In this document: positions 10,677 to 20,033 of the stretch, in pieces
Layout: every line of letters begins with the position of its first letter
Position numbering within the stretch: the first letter of the stretch is position 1
Assembly: GCA_045615085.1 (NCBI GenBank)
Contig: JAZLEE010000042.1
Coordinates: forward strand, 1-31,518
Direction: 5' to 3'
Length of the DNA: 31,518 nucleotides
From: Candidatus Aphodosoma sp.
Lineage (GTDB): Bacteria > Bacteroidota > Bacteroidia > Bacteroidales > Paludibacteraceae
Translations under genes and position numbers: made by a program
The notes under the pieces: generated by a model
What the model saw: the letters and a program-made list of their open reading frames with translations, nothing else
Told to the model about the DNA's origin: nothing
Database searches by the model: none

Positions 10677-11150
10677 CTATTTCTCTATTAAAGCAACACA
10701 ATATGCTGCAATACCCTCTTTACGTCCTACAAAACCAAGTTTTTCTGTTGTTGTAGCTTTAATGCTTACGCAATCTACATCCACATTCATACAATCTGCC
10801 AAAACTTGTTGCATTTGAGGGATATGAGGATTCAATTTTGGACGCTCTGCACATACAGTAGCATCTATATTTCCTATCGAATAGCCCTTCTCTTTTATTA
10901 AGGCAACTGTTTTACGCAACAATATTTTACTATCTATATTCTCATATTCCGCTCCTGTATCAGGAAAATGATAGCCTATATCGCGCATATTAGCAGCACC
11001 AAGCAAAGCGTCACAAATAGCATGTATCAACACATCTGCATCAGAGTGACCAAGCAAACCTTTTTCATATTCAATTTTAATGCCTCCTAACCACAAATCG
11101 CGGTTTTCTACTAATTGATGAACATCATATCCCATTCCTACTCGTATCAT
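10677..11150 (-). CDS. ispF: 2-C-methyl-D-erythritol 2,4-cyclodiphosphate synthase
   Basis: RVGMGYDVHQL, GHSDADVLIHAICDALLGA, DIGYHFPD and KATTTEKLGF. Confidence 0.97.
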   Translation of the reverse strand: MIRVGMGYDVHQLVENRDLWLGGIKIEYEKGLLGHSDADVLIHAICDALLGAANMRDIGYHFPDTGAEYENIDSKILLRKTVALIKEKGYSIGNIDATVCAERPKLNPHIPQMQQVLADCMNVDVDCVSIKATTTEKLGFVGRKEGIAAYCVALIEK

Positions 11151-11184
11151 AATACTCTAAAAGTTAGTGGTTAGTAATTAGTGT

Positions 11185-11219
11185 AAAAAAGACAGAAAAA
11201 CCATAGTCTTTCTGTCTTT
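11185..11219 (-). terminator. Intrinsic terminator downstream of porV
   Basis: AAAGACAGAAA (11188-11198) pairs with TTTCTGTCTTT (11209-11219). The A6 run at 11185-11190 gives a U-tract on the minus strand. Confidence 0.75.
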
Positions 11220-11239
11220 CTTCTTTATTGTTTTAGAAA

Positions 11240-12460
11240 TTATTTATCAGCCAAAGCTTTGATTCCATCAATATCAAATGCAAGAGAGAAACGAAGAGTT
11301 TGGTCAAGTGGGTTAGATGCAGAAGTTGCAATTACATAACCTACGTCAAGTTTGAATGCAGAAAGTTTGAAACCAGCACCAACAGTAAAGTATTTACGAT
11401 TACCTTTGTCTTTTGCTTCATTGTTATAACCAAGACGACCGAAGAATTGTTCGTTGTAAGCATATTCAAGACCTACACCCCAGTTAATTTCAGCCATTTC
11501 TTCAGCAAAACCACCAGGAGCATCATACCATGAAAGGATTATACCTTCCATAGAAGAGATTTTGTTATATTCTTCTGTTGTCATTGCCCAAGTATCCATG
11601 TTTGTAGCATCAAAATCAGGGTTATATTTAGCTACTTTTGAGTAACGTGAAGGAACCATCATTTTGTTAGCTTCGAGAGAGATGAGCAAGCGATTGTATT
11701 TGTCGAATGGAATTTGGTAACCTACACCAAGACGAAGGTTAGCAGGGATGAAGTTGTAGTTATCACCTTTGTCGTAAGTGATACGAGTACCAATATTTGA
11801 AAGGTTGAAACCAAAATTGAAACGAGATGTACCAGAGCTCATTTCGATAGGAAGGCTATAGAAACCATTCACGTCAGCACCAAAAGCATAACCTGTATAG
11901 TAGTTAGGGTCTGTTTTAGCAGTAAAGTCAGAAGCAACCATACGCAAAACAACACCTAAAGAGAAATTCTCAGTAAGCATACGAGAATAACCAAGGTCGA
12001 ATGCCATTTCATATGGGTTAGCTGAAAGAGGAATTGCATCTGCCGATTCGCGCAACAACACTTCACCCAATTGGAAGAAACGGAGAGAAGCACTGATTGT
12101 ACCAGCCATTTTGCTTGGAGTATAATAACCTGCAAGATAAAGCAAATTGATGTCATTTACACCCAATTTACGCAACCATGGAGTGTAAGAAAATGCAAAA
12201 CCTGCACTACTTTCGTTTTGAGCATATTTAGATGAATTCCAATATTGAGCATTCATATCTGAGTTAGTTGCGACACCAACGTCACCCATACCGCCAGCTA
12301 CAGCATCAGGGCTGATTGACATAGAAGGAACACCTGAAACAATTGGATTCATGTAACCATAGTCAGTTTTTGCTTCATTGTAACTAATTGGAGCTGATTG
12401 AGCAAAAAGAGAAGTAACAGACGCACAAAGCACCATTACTGATAATAGGATTTTTTTCAT
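11240..12460 (-). CDS. porV: Type IX secretion system outer-membrane shuttle PorV
   Basis: VPSMSISPDAVAGGMGDVGVAT...QYWNSSKYA...SYTPWLRKL...NPLDQTLRFSLAFD. It sits between porU and ispF, the conserved Bacteroidota order. Confidence 0.93.
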   Translation of the reverse strand: MKKILLSVMVLCASVTSLFAQSAPISYNEAKTDYGYMNPIVSGVPSMSISPDAVAGGMGDVGVATNSDMNAQYWNSSKYAQNESSAGFAFSYTPWLRKLGVNDINLLYLAGYYTPSKMAGTISASLRFFQLGEVLLRESADAIPLSANPYEMAFDLGYSRMLTENFSLGVVLRMVASDFTAKTDPNYYTGYAFGADVNGFYSLPIEMSSGTSRFNFGFNLSNIGTRITYDKGDNYNFIPANLRLGVGYQIPFDKYNRLLISLEANKMMVPSRYSKVAKYNPDFDATNMDTWAMTTEEYNKISSMEGIILSWYDAPGGFAEEMAEINWGVGLEYAYNEQFFGRLGYNNEAKDKGNRKYFTVGAGFKLSAFKLDVGYVIATSASNPLDQTLRFSLAFDIDGIKALADK

Positions 12461-12508
12461 AGTTTAATTATAGTGTGATTAAAATTATTCGTTTCTCTAA
12501 TTAAAACG

Positions 12509-12540
12509 CAAAGTTACAAATATTATTGCTTTTGTACAAA
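12509..12540 (-). promoter_or_regulatory. Bacteroidota housekeeping promoter for porV
   Basis: Minus strand TTTG (12540-12537), 20-nt spacer, TAACTTTG (12516-12509): exact match to the -33/-7 consensus. Confidence 0.7.
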
Positions 12541-15500
12541 TATTTTTGTAGTTTTTGATGATTTTTTTCCATTTTCGTCAAATAATATGACTTTTACGAA
12601 GTATAAACCATCCGAAATTGCCGAATTTAGGTCTAATTCTATATTAGTTTTCGACGAAGCATCGGTCACCAAACTCATCTCTTTTCGATAGACTATACGA
12701 CCCGAACTATCATACATATATATATGAATATCAACTGGCGACGCTGGTCTATCATGCTCTACTACAATATTGGCATGATGAACAACTGGGTTTGGATATA
12801 CAAACATATTGCTAACTTCACCCGACAAAGACTCAACTACTTCAAACTCTAATTCTGCGGTTGATGAATTATTCTGCAAATCCCAAGCTCGGAAGAATAA
12901 TTTATGTTTTCCAGGGGTTAAATCTGTCAATTGGTATGTCACAACACCTGAATTATAAGATCCAAAATTAGCTTTATAATAGTTATTTAACACATATTCT
13001 TGATCTTTGTCATTATCTAATCTAATCACAATATCATGACCTATACCAGATCCGATTGTATTAATACCACTTTGGTCTGCCAATTCTGCCACAAACAATG
13101 GATTAGAATTAACTTTATCGCCATTGTCAAAATAAGGTGTATTCAAATAAATTTTCAATTCTGGACCATCAGTTTCCAATACAGCATCTTTTGATTCGCC
13201 ACCGATAATCATTTTCGAAGAATTGCCATTTGCTTCAAAACCTTGCGCCTCATCTACTGCATACATCACAATTCTACCCGGACCATAGTTATATCTAATA
13301 TCTTTTGGCACAATAAACTCCGCGTTAAATGCACCATTCACCACTTGTACTTGACCTACATACAACGGATTAGTTCTATATTTATATACAAATGGCACAG
13401 TATCTTTTCCGTCTTTAGCATCATTACAAAGAGTTGTTATGGTCTCTTCTTTATCAAAAATCGTAATATGCACATAACCATTGAATGTTTCGTCAACAAC
13501 ATCGCTACCATTGACGCGCACTGTACCCGATAATTTAACATAATCTAATGCTCCAACAGTATCTACTGCTGCATGCACAGCCTTACCATTAATCGAATCG
13601 ATGGCTACGATATGCGATTCTGCCACTGCTAAACGAATAGTAGGGTCGCCAATCAAAACAAAACGCAATCTATTAGAGTCGCTATTTGCTGCTCGCTTGT
13701 TTTTTGCCAATCTATAAGCCTCGCCTATCGTATTTACGCGACCTGTTGCATCTCGATTCAACAACTCTTTTACTATCTCTATATTCAACAACAAATTCTG
13801 TTGTGCAAATACAGTACGCGTAGTTGTAATAAGAGCCAAAGCACCACCTTTGGGATTTAACATCATAGCTTCAGCACCCGAAAGTTTAAAATCGTCAAAA
13901 CGAGAAAAGCTACATGATGATGTAATCAACAAAGGTAATCTTTTGTTATACATTGCATTGATATCAGCCACAGTCAGAATCTGCTCGTTAGTCCAGTTAT
14001 TATAACCACTATGCCCCATGTAGTTGATATAGAGCACACCATCATTTATGTAGTCAAAAAACTCTTTTTTGAGTACAGGATAGAATTCTCCAACAGCAGT
14101 GACCTCCTGAGTATAAGAATCGAGATATAATTTACGAGTAAGAATGTTAGGATTCAATTTTTCGAATGTAGTACAAACTTGATCCGACTCTTCCATATGA
14201 ATATTATTATTGCCATCATCGGCAAGGAATATTGCACGATTCTTCCAATATCCATAATCTTCATTCTTAATATAACCTATCAATTTATCAACAACACCAT
14301 CAGCTTGCTCTACGGTATAGGCAGGAATACGCCCTACCACAACATCAAGACTATTGACCAAAATGCGTGCACCATCGGTGTCATCCAAAAATCCAAAATA
14401 ATCGTCGGTTGTATATGCATCTAACTCATTATACGACTCTTTGGCTTGATAAGTAAGCAATCGATATATATTGTCTTTTGTGTTTGCTTTCAATATCTGA
14501 CGATTATCGAACGAACCATCGCCAAAAAGCAATAGATATTTTGGAGCATTTCCATATGTTTTGGCTCTATCATAAAACATTTTCATGAAACGACGATAAG
14601 CCGTAGCATCTGGCGTGCCCGACGAAAATTCGTTATAAATTACATCTGGTTCCACTACATACGTAGTAATACCATCATACTCCAAGTGTATTTGAGCCAA
14701 TCTATTTGCAGCCGAAACAAAATCGGATGGAGATATGATAACCATATCTACTTGTCCAAGAGCATGCAAATCTTGGTTTATAATCTTACCGACCACTTGC
14801 GGTTGCAAAAATTTATCATTCTTCACATCAACTGCCACATACTCCTTCAATGCAGTTGTATTATCTACAAAAGTCAAAGAGGTGCCACTAATATCGGTTG
14901 CCAATTGCTCGATATTTACTTGATTTGTTACATCCCATATCTGAATGTTGCTGTTTATATTAGACAACTGATATGTGTAATTTTCTGAATTACCGAGATT
15001 TTCAACAACTCTAAAAGGCAACACTTCGCCTTGTATTTTTGTTAATTTACGTTTTACGTTTAAAACTAAAAAATCCAAATAAAAAGATGTAAATTGGTCA
15101 CTGTGTTTTAAGCGCACCGTCACATCATTTGCTTTTTTGGGTGTAAATTTATATGTATCAGTTACATTAGTTGCATTTACATCGCTATTTGGACGTTTAG
15201 CCAATTTAGTCACACCAAGCACCACGCCATCAGTAGCCACCTCAAGTTGCGCATCATTAAGTCCTACATAAGCCCCCTCTACATGCACCACTGCAGTCTC
15301 TTGCAATAGATTAGGTATATTAAAAGAGTAGGTTTTGCTCAGATTAGAAGCAGTTAATTGGTCACACAAATAAATTCTACCAACATTTATCAAACTCATC
15401 TCGTCCTTCTCATACAAATAATAATCATCAAACGAAATGATAGGAGTTGTAATATTGGCTGTCAATTTGCTCTTTGCTGTAATATATTTGGGTGTTGCAT

Positions 15501-15939
15501 AATCAGACGTAACAAAATAATATCCGTGGTTAGAATATGTATTCACCTCATGTTCGAATAGCTTATTAGTTGTATTATAAGTCCATTTGGTCGGACCCTG
15601 AGCATAGAAAAGAATATAATCACCTTTGCCAAACACACCATCACTACCCTTCTCCATATAAATACTTAATTGAGGCAAATCGTCGATATATGGTTTCGAA
15701 AAATCTTCTGCTAATTGAGCTCCACCATATCCAAAAACCGACACATTTGCTGGATTAGCTACACCCATCGCCACTAATTGCTCATAAGTTAACTTATGGA
15801 TACCCGATTGACTGACCTCTATTTTATACCAATCACCACTACTCAACACAGAATGCTCGGCATAACGCTCCGATTGTGCTCCTACCGAAGTAATAAAACA
15901 CAATATTAATAGTGATATAATTAGTTGTCGTAGTTTCAT
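12523..15939 (-). CDS. porU: Type IX secretion system sortase PorU (peptidase C25)
   Basis: YAEHSVLSSGDWYKI N-terminus, NEFSSGTPDATAYRRF, GRIP, catalytic H643 (YMGHSG) and C676 (TSSCSFSRFD), and a C-terminal T9SS CTD (VYPNP...GLYFVKV...KIFVQK). Confidence 0.95.
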   Translation of the reverse strand: MKLRQLIISLLILCFITSVGAQSERYAEHSVLSSGDWYKIEVSQSGIHKLTYEQLVAMGVANPANVSVFGYGGAQLAEDFSKPYIDDLPQLSIYMEKGSDGVFGKGDYILFYAQGPTKWTYNTTNKLFEHEVNTYSNHGYYFVTSDYATPKYITAKSKLTANITTPIISFDDYYLYEKDEMSLINVGRIYLCDQLTASNLSKTYSFNIPNLLQETAVVHVEGAYVGLNDAQLEVATDGVVLGVTKLAKRPNSDVNATNVTDTYKFTPKKANDVTVRLKHSDQFTSFYLDFLVLNVKRKLTKIQGEVLPFRVVENLGNSENYTYQLSNINSNIQIWDVTNQVNIEQLATDISGTSLTFVDNTTALKEYVAVDVKNDKFLQPQVVGKIINQDLHALGQVDMVIISPSDFVSAANRLAQIHLEYDGITTYVVEPDVIYNEFSSGTPDATAYRRFMKMFYDRAKTYGNAPKYLLLFGDGSFDNRQILKANTKDNIYRLLTYQAKESYNELDAYTTDDYFGFLDDTDGARILVNSLDVVVGRIPAYTVEQADGVVDKLIGYIKNEDYGYWKNRAIFLADDGNNNIHMEESDQVCTTFEKLNPNILTRKLYLDSYTQEVTAVGEFYPVLKKEFFDYINDGVLYINYMGHSGYNNWTNEQILTVADINAMYNKRLPLLITSSCSFSRFDDFKLSGAEAMMLNPKGGALALITTTRTVFAQQNLLLNIEIVKELLNRDATGRVNTIGEAYRLAKNKRAANSDSNRLRFVLIGDPTIRLAVAESHIVAIDSINGKAVHAAVDTVGALDYVKLSGTVRVNGSDVVDETFNGYVHITIFDKEETITTLCNDAKDGKDTVPFVYKYRTNPLYVGQVQVVNGAFNAEFIVPKDIRYNYGPGRIVMYAVDEAQGFEANGNSSKMIIGGESKDAVLETDGPELKIYLNTPYFDNGDKVNSNPLFVAELADQSGINTIGSGIGHDIVIRLDNDKDQEYVLNNYYKANFGSYNSGVVTYQLTDLTPGKHKLFFRAWDLQNNSSTAELEFEVVESLSGEVSNMFVYPNPVVHHANIVVEHDRPASPVDIHIYMYDSSGRIVYRKEMSLVTDASSKTNIELDLNSAISDGLYFVKVILFDENGKKSSKTTKIFVQKQ

Positions 15940-16553
15940 TATTTAACCAAGAAATCAAACATCATTTTGTCTTCAATATAACCTGTCAATCGGTCATTTA
16001 TAGCAACTGGCGATACTCCTGCTGGTGTGCCAGTAAAAATTAAGTCACCTATTTTAAGCGTAAAAAACTGACTAATGTATGCTATCAATTCATCAACGTG
16101 GAAAAGCATATCTTTAGTATGTCCTTGTTGCTGAATTTCGCCATTTTTCTGCAAAGAAAAGTGAATATCATCAATTTTCGATAACTCGTCAAGCGAAATA
16201 AAGTCGCTCACAACAGCCGAATTATCAAATGCCTTTGATATTTCCCATGGTGCACCAAGTTGTTTACACTGATTTTGTAGGTCGCGAGCTGTGAAGTCTA
16301 CACCAAGTGCAACCTCTGAATAATAGCGATGAGCAAAACGTGGAGCTATATTGCGGCCGAGACGATTGATGCGCACAACAAGTTCTACCTCATGTTCTAT
16401 TTGATTAGAAAATCGAGGTATAAAGAACGGACGATTCTCGCGCAACAATGCCGAATCGGGTTTCATAAATATAGTTGGTTGTTGTGGTCGCTCCTCGCGA
16501 TTCATCTCAAGGTTGTGTTTTGGATAATTCCAACCTACGCAAATTATTTTCAT
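15939..16553 (-). CDS. Fumarylacetoacetate hydrolase family protein
   Basis: MKIICVGWNY, IFMKPDSAL, HEVELVV, DFTARDLQ, KAFD and GDLIFTGTPAGV. ATG at 16553 is preferred over GTG at 16580. The stop overlaps the porU start (TAATG). Confidence 0.93.
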   Translation of the reverse strand: MKIICVGWNYPKHNLEMNREERPQQPTIFMKPDSALLRENRPFFIPRFSNQIEHEVELVVRINRLGRNIAPRFAHRYYSEVALGVDFTARDLQNQCKQLGAPWEISKAFDNSAVVSDFISLDELSKIDDIHFSLQKNGEIQQQGHTKDMLFHVDELIAYISQFFTLKIGDLIFTGTPAGVSPVAINDRLTGYIEDKMMFDFLVK

Positions 16554-16680
16554 TGTTACAATTTCCTTCAAAATAACCACTGTGAGTGGTTGTTAAAATA
16601 TGACTGTTTTCTTCGGCACACCTTGCTTGCACCTTGCTTGAGGTTCAGATAAAGGAATACACACTGTGAGTGGGTATTAG

Positions 16681-18495
16681 TTATCGTCTGCGACGCCAAG
16701 GTTTGTCTGGATTTTCGACTACCTCATTGCGACGATTATCTCGTCTGTCACCTCTATCACGGCGATCGCGACGCTCTTCACGCTCGTTTCTGCGCTCACC
16801 ACGACCACGGCGGTCGTCATTATCGCGACGACGGTCGCGCTCACGATTGCGAGCAGATTTTTCGCTCTGCGCTTTAGGGGCTTTGCTCACCACTTCGCGT
16901 GGTTCGGCAATTGCCAATGGCTCGCCTGCTGCCTCAAAGGCTTGTTGGAGTCGCTCTGCTTGATCGGCATACACATCGAAGAATGTGAATTTATTAGTAA
17001 TTTCGATGTCGCCAATGATGATAGATTTGTCTTGTGCAATATCATTGATAACGCCAAGCACTGAACGAGGAGTTGCGTTTTGTTTAGTGCCATAGTGCAT
17101 TTTGAAACGCACTTTTTGTCCACGTTTAGTTCTCTCTCCTCCTTTGTCTTTACCTTTTTTGCCTTCTTTCACATCTACGTTGATATCTTCGGCATCTTTA
17201 TAATACTCTGCAAAACGATTGAATTCGAGCGAAACAAAGCGCGAAATTATCTCTTCTTTACTCAAATATGCCAACTTCGCAGATATTTGAGGCATAAAAA
17301 TATCTATCTCTTCGTTGTTCACCTCCACTCGCTCCATCTTATCAATGAGGTGGAAGAGTTGGCGTTTGCACACATCCATACCATTTGGCACTGGCATGTG
17401 TTTGAACTCTTTCTTAATGATTTTTTCTATCTCACGCAAACGACGACCTTCACGAGTGTGCACTATTACACACGACACACCCTTCTTGCCAGCACGACCC
17501 GTACGACCCGAACGGTGAGTATAAACCTCTACATCATCCGGAAGATTGTAGTTGATAACGTGTGTCAAATCGCTCACATCCAATCCACGCGCTGCTACAT
17601 CCGTAGCCACCAACACTTGCAAATTCTTGATACGGAATTTGTTCATCACCGTATCGCGTTGCGCTTGACTAAGGTCGCCATGCAATGCATCGGCATTGTA
17701 GCCATCTTTCATCAATTTTTCGGCTACATCTTTAGTCTCTTGACGAGTACGACAGAATACGATACCATATATATCTGGATTCATATCCACAATACGCTTC
17801 AACGCAAGATAGCGGTGGTCGGCACGCACCATATAATATACGTGTTCCACATTGTCCGAGCCTGCATTGCGTGTGCCTACTGCAATTTCGGCTGCATCAT
17901 GCATATATTGACGCGAGATTTTGGCAATTTCGTTAGGCATCGTAGCCGAGAAAAGAAGTGTACGACGAGTTTCTGGCACATCTTTCAATATGGTTTCAAT
18001 ATCTTCTTGGAAACCCATATTGAGCATTTCGTCTGCTTCGTCGAGAACAAGAAAACGCACTTCTGAAAGATCCACTTTACCACGATTGATGAGGTCGATG
18101 AGTCGACCTGGTGTAGCCACAAGCACTTGTGGTTGAATATCCAACTGCTTATATTGCACCACTATACTCTCTCCACCATACACAGGCACCACTTTCACAC
18201 CACGCATTTTCGCAGCAAAATTCTTTATATCATTGGCAATTTGGATACACAACTCACGCGTAGGAGCAAGCACAAGCGACTGTATTTTGCGTTGCTCTAC
18301 GTTCACCATATTTAATATAGGCAAACCAAACGCGGCTGTTTTACCCGTACCTGTTTGAGCCAACGCCACGAGGTCGTTGTCATGGGTCAACATATATGGT
18401 ATAACTTGCTCTTGCACTGGCATTGGATTCACAAAACCCAACTCGGCAATAGCATCTAAAATCTCTTGTCGTAAACCTAATTCTTCGAATGTCAT
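16681..18495 (-). CDS. DEAD-box RNA helicase with DbpA-type RNA-binding domain and Arg/Asp-rich tail (DeaD/CsdA-like)
   Basis: Q motif (MTFEELGL...PVQ), AQTGTGKT, PTREL, DEAD, SAT, TDVAARGLD and HRSGRTGR. The likely start is the ATG at 18495, which overlaps the rfbD stop, rather than 18537. Confidence 0.95.
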   Translation of the reverse strand: MTFEELGLRQEILDAIAELGFVNPMPVQEQVIPYMLTHDNDLVALAQTGTGKTAAFGLPILNMVNVEQRKIQSLVLAPTRELCIQIANDIKNFAAKMRGVKVVPVYGGESIVVQYKQLDIQPQVLVATPGRLIDLINRGKVDLSEVRFLVLDEADEMLNMGFQEDIETILKDVPETRRTLLFSATMPNEIAKISRQYMHDAAEIAVGTRNAGSDNVEHVYYMVRADHRYLALKRIVDMNPDIYGIVFCRTRQETKDVAEKLMKDGYNADALHGDLSQAQRDTVMNKFRIKNLQVLVATDVAARGLDVSDLTHVINYNLPDDVEVYTHRSGRTGRAGKKGVSCVIVHTREGRRLREIEKIIKKEFKHMPVPNGMDVCKRQLFHLIDKMERVEVNNEEIDIFMPQISAKLAYLSKEEIISRFVSLEFNRFAEYYKDAEDINVDVKEGKKGKDKGGERTKRGQKVRFKMHYGTKQNATPRSVLGVINDIAQDKSIIIGDIEITNKFTFFDVYADQAERLQQAFEAAGEPLAIAEPREVVSKAPKAQSEKSARNRERDRRRDNDDRRGRGERRNEREERRDRRDRGDRRDNRRNEVVENPDKPWRRRR

Positions 18496-19346
18496 TGTTC
18501 TAATATATTCAAACAACGTTGCAACGATTCTACCCAATATGGCACTTCGATGCCGAATGTTGTTTTGATTTTTGATTTGTTCAATACGCTATAGTGTGGA
18601 CGTGGTGTGCGCACTGGATATGCCGAACTTTCGATTGGCATCACTCGGCACTCAATACCTGCCAAGCGATGTATCATGATAGTGAAATCGTACCACGAAC
18701 ATACGCCCTCGTTTGAGAAATGATATATGCCTGCCACCCATTCGCGCTCGGCTATGATTGTGAATATAACTTGCGCCAAATCAGCCGCATAAGTTGGAGT
18801 GCCTACCTGGTCGAATATCACGTTCAACGTATCACGTTCGCGACCGAGACGAAGCATAGTTTTCACAAAATTGTTGCCAAACGATGAGTACAACCACGAC
18901 GTGCGAATAATAATCGCATCTTCACACTCAGCCACCAAGGCCTCTTCGCCTGCCAATTTTGTGCGACCATACACATTGGTCGGACACACTGGCATATCTT
19001 CGGTATATGGCTTATGCCCACAACCATCAAACACATAGTCGGTCGACACATGCACAATCTTCGCACCATATTTCTTTGCCACAACACCCAAATTGCGCAC
19101 TGCATCCACATTCACTTTCGTTGCCGTAGGCTCATCATCTTCGGCTTTATCTACAGCCGTATATGCAGCACAATTCACTATGTGCGATATACCTTCGGTC
19201 GCAACAAATGCATCTAACTGTGCCAAATCAGTGATATCTAACGTATCTACATCTGTATATAAGGCTTCAATCGATGGATATTGTTGCAATGCCACTCTCA
19301 TCTCATTGCCGAGTTGACCATTAGCTCCAGTTATCAATAGTTTCAT
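18492..19346 (-). CDS. rfbD: dTDP-4-dehydrorhamnose reductase
   Basis: LITGANGQLG, NCAAYTAVDKAE, HVSTDYVFDG, YGRTKLAGE, IIRTSWLYS, DQVGTPTYAADLA and RPHYSVL. Confidence 0.96.
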   Translation of the reverse strand: MKLLITGANGQLGNEMRVALQQYPSIEALYTDVDTLDITDLAQLDAFVATEGISHIVNCAAYTAVDKAEDDEPTATKVNVDAVRNLGVVAKKYGAKIVHVSTDYVFDGCGHKPYTEDMPVCPTNVYGRTKLAGEEALVAECEDAIIIRTSWLYSSFGNNFVKTMLRLGRERDTLNVIFDQVGTPTYAADLAQVIFTIIAEREWVAGIYHFSNEGVCSWYDFTIMIHRLAGIECRVMPIESSAYPVRTPRPHYSVLNKSKIKTTFGIEVPYWVESLQRCLNILEQ

Positions 19347-19352
19347 AATAAA

Positions 19353-20033
19353 TTATTTTTCTTGTGTATATTCTCTATACTTTTTGAACACATCGTTCAC
19401 ATAACGCACCGTATGTCGTCCTCTGAAAAAACCATGACGACACACTTTGTCATTATAATATTTCGACTCCTGCAATGCCAGCAACCATTTCTCTACACTG
19501 CCACTCCACACATGTGGGTCGTCGCCAAATTTGTTTGCCAATGCCATAGCATCACGCACATGCCCAGGTCCAGCATTGTATCCTGCCAAAATAAATTTTA
19601 TGCGTTCGTCTCTATCTTCTATTTCATCGAATCTACGTTCCAAAAACTGCAAATACTCTACCCCTGCACCAATACTTTTTTGAGGAATCAGCACATCATC
19701 ACCCTCCAAACCAAATCTCGCCGCTGTGCGTGGCATAAACTGCATCAACCCTCGCGCTCCCTGCGAAGATACCACTTCGTTATTAAAACGCGATTCATTC
19801 CACACTATAGCAGCCAACATCCGCCAATCCCAGCCTAATTGTTGAATTTCACGGCGAAATATATCATCATACTCCGATATTGAACAATCCAACTCTCGTA
19901 TTGTTAATTGAACTATATACAAAACGCTATGTGAATCTTGCATTGCAAATCGTGCTGAACCAACCAAGATCAACAATGCAATTACACAACTTCGTAGTAT
20001 GACTATATATTTATTTTTCAAGATTTTTTTCAA
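19353..20033 (-). CDS. Lytic transglycosylase (SLT domain, MltF-like C-terminal part) with N-terminal anchor
   Basis: WDWRMLAAIVWNESRF (catalytic Glu), GARGLMQFMP and AGYNAGPGH. The TTG start overlaps the end of udk, so the exact start is uncertain. Confidence 0.88.
   Translation of the reverse strand: MKKILKNKYIVILRSCVIALLILVGSARFAMQDSHSVLYIVQLTIRELDCSISEYDDIFRREIQQLGWDWRMLAAIVWNESRFNNEVVSSQGARGLMQFMPRTAARFGLEGDDVLIPQKSIGAGVEYLQFLERRFDEIEDRDERIKFILAGYNAGPGHVRDAMALANKFGDDPHVWSGSVEKWLLALQESKYYNDKVCRHGFFRGRHTVRYVNDVFKKYREYTQEK

Noticed and set aside
11240-16553. FAH-porU-porV-ispF gene order as a novel system
   Set aside because: This is established, conserved Bacteroidota T9SS synteny.
16684-16870. 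Arg/Asp-rich low-complexity helicase tail with quasi-repeats (RRD units)
   Set aside because: Basic disordered C-terminal tails are a known feature of bacterial DEAD-box helicases.
17080-18066. 328-aa plus-strand ORF
   Set aside because: It lies entirely antisense to the DEAD-box helicase, has no recognisable motifs, and is a typical shadow ORF of a conserved coding strand.
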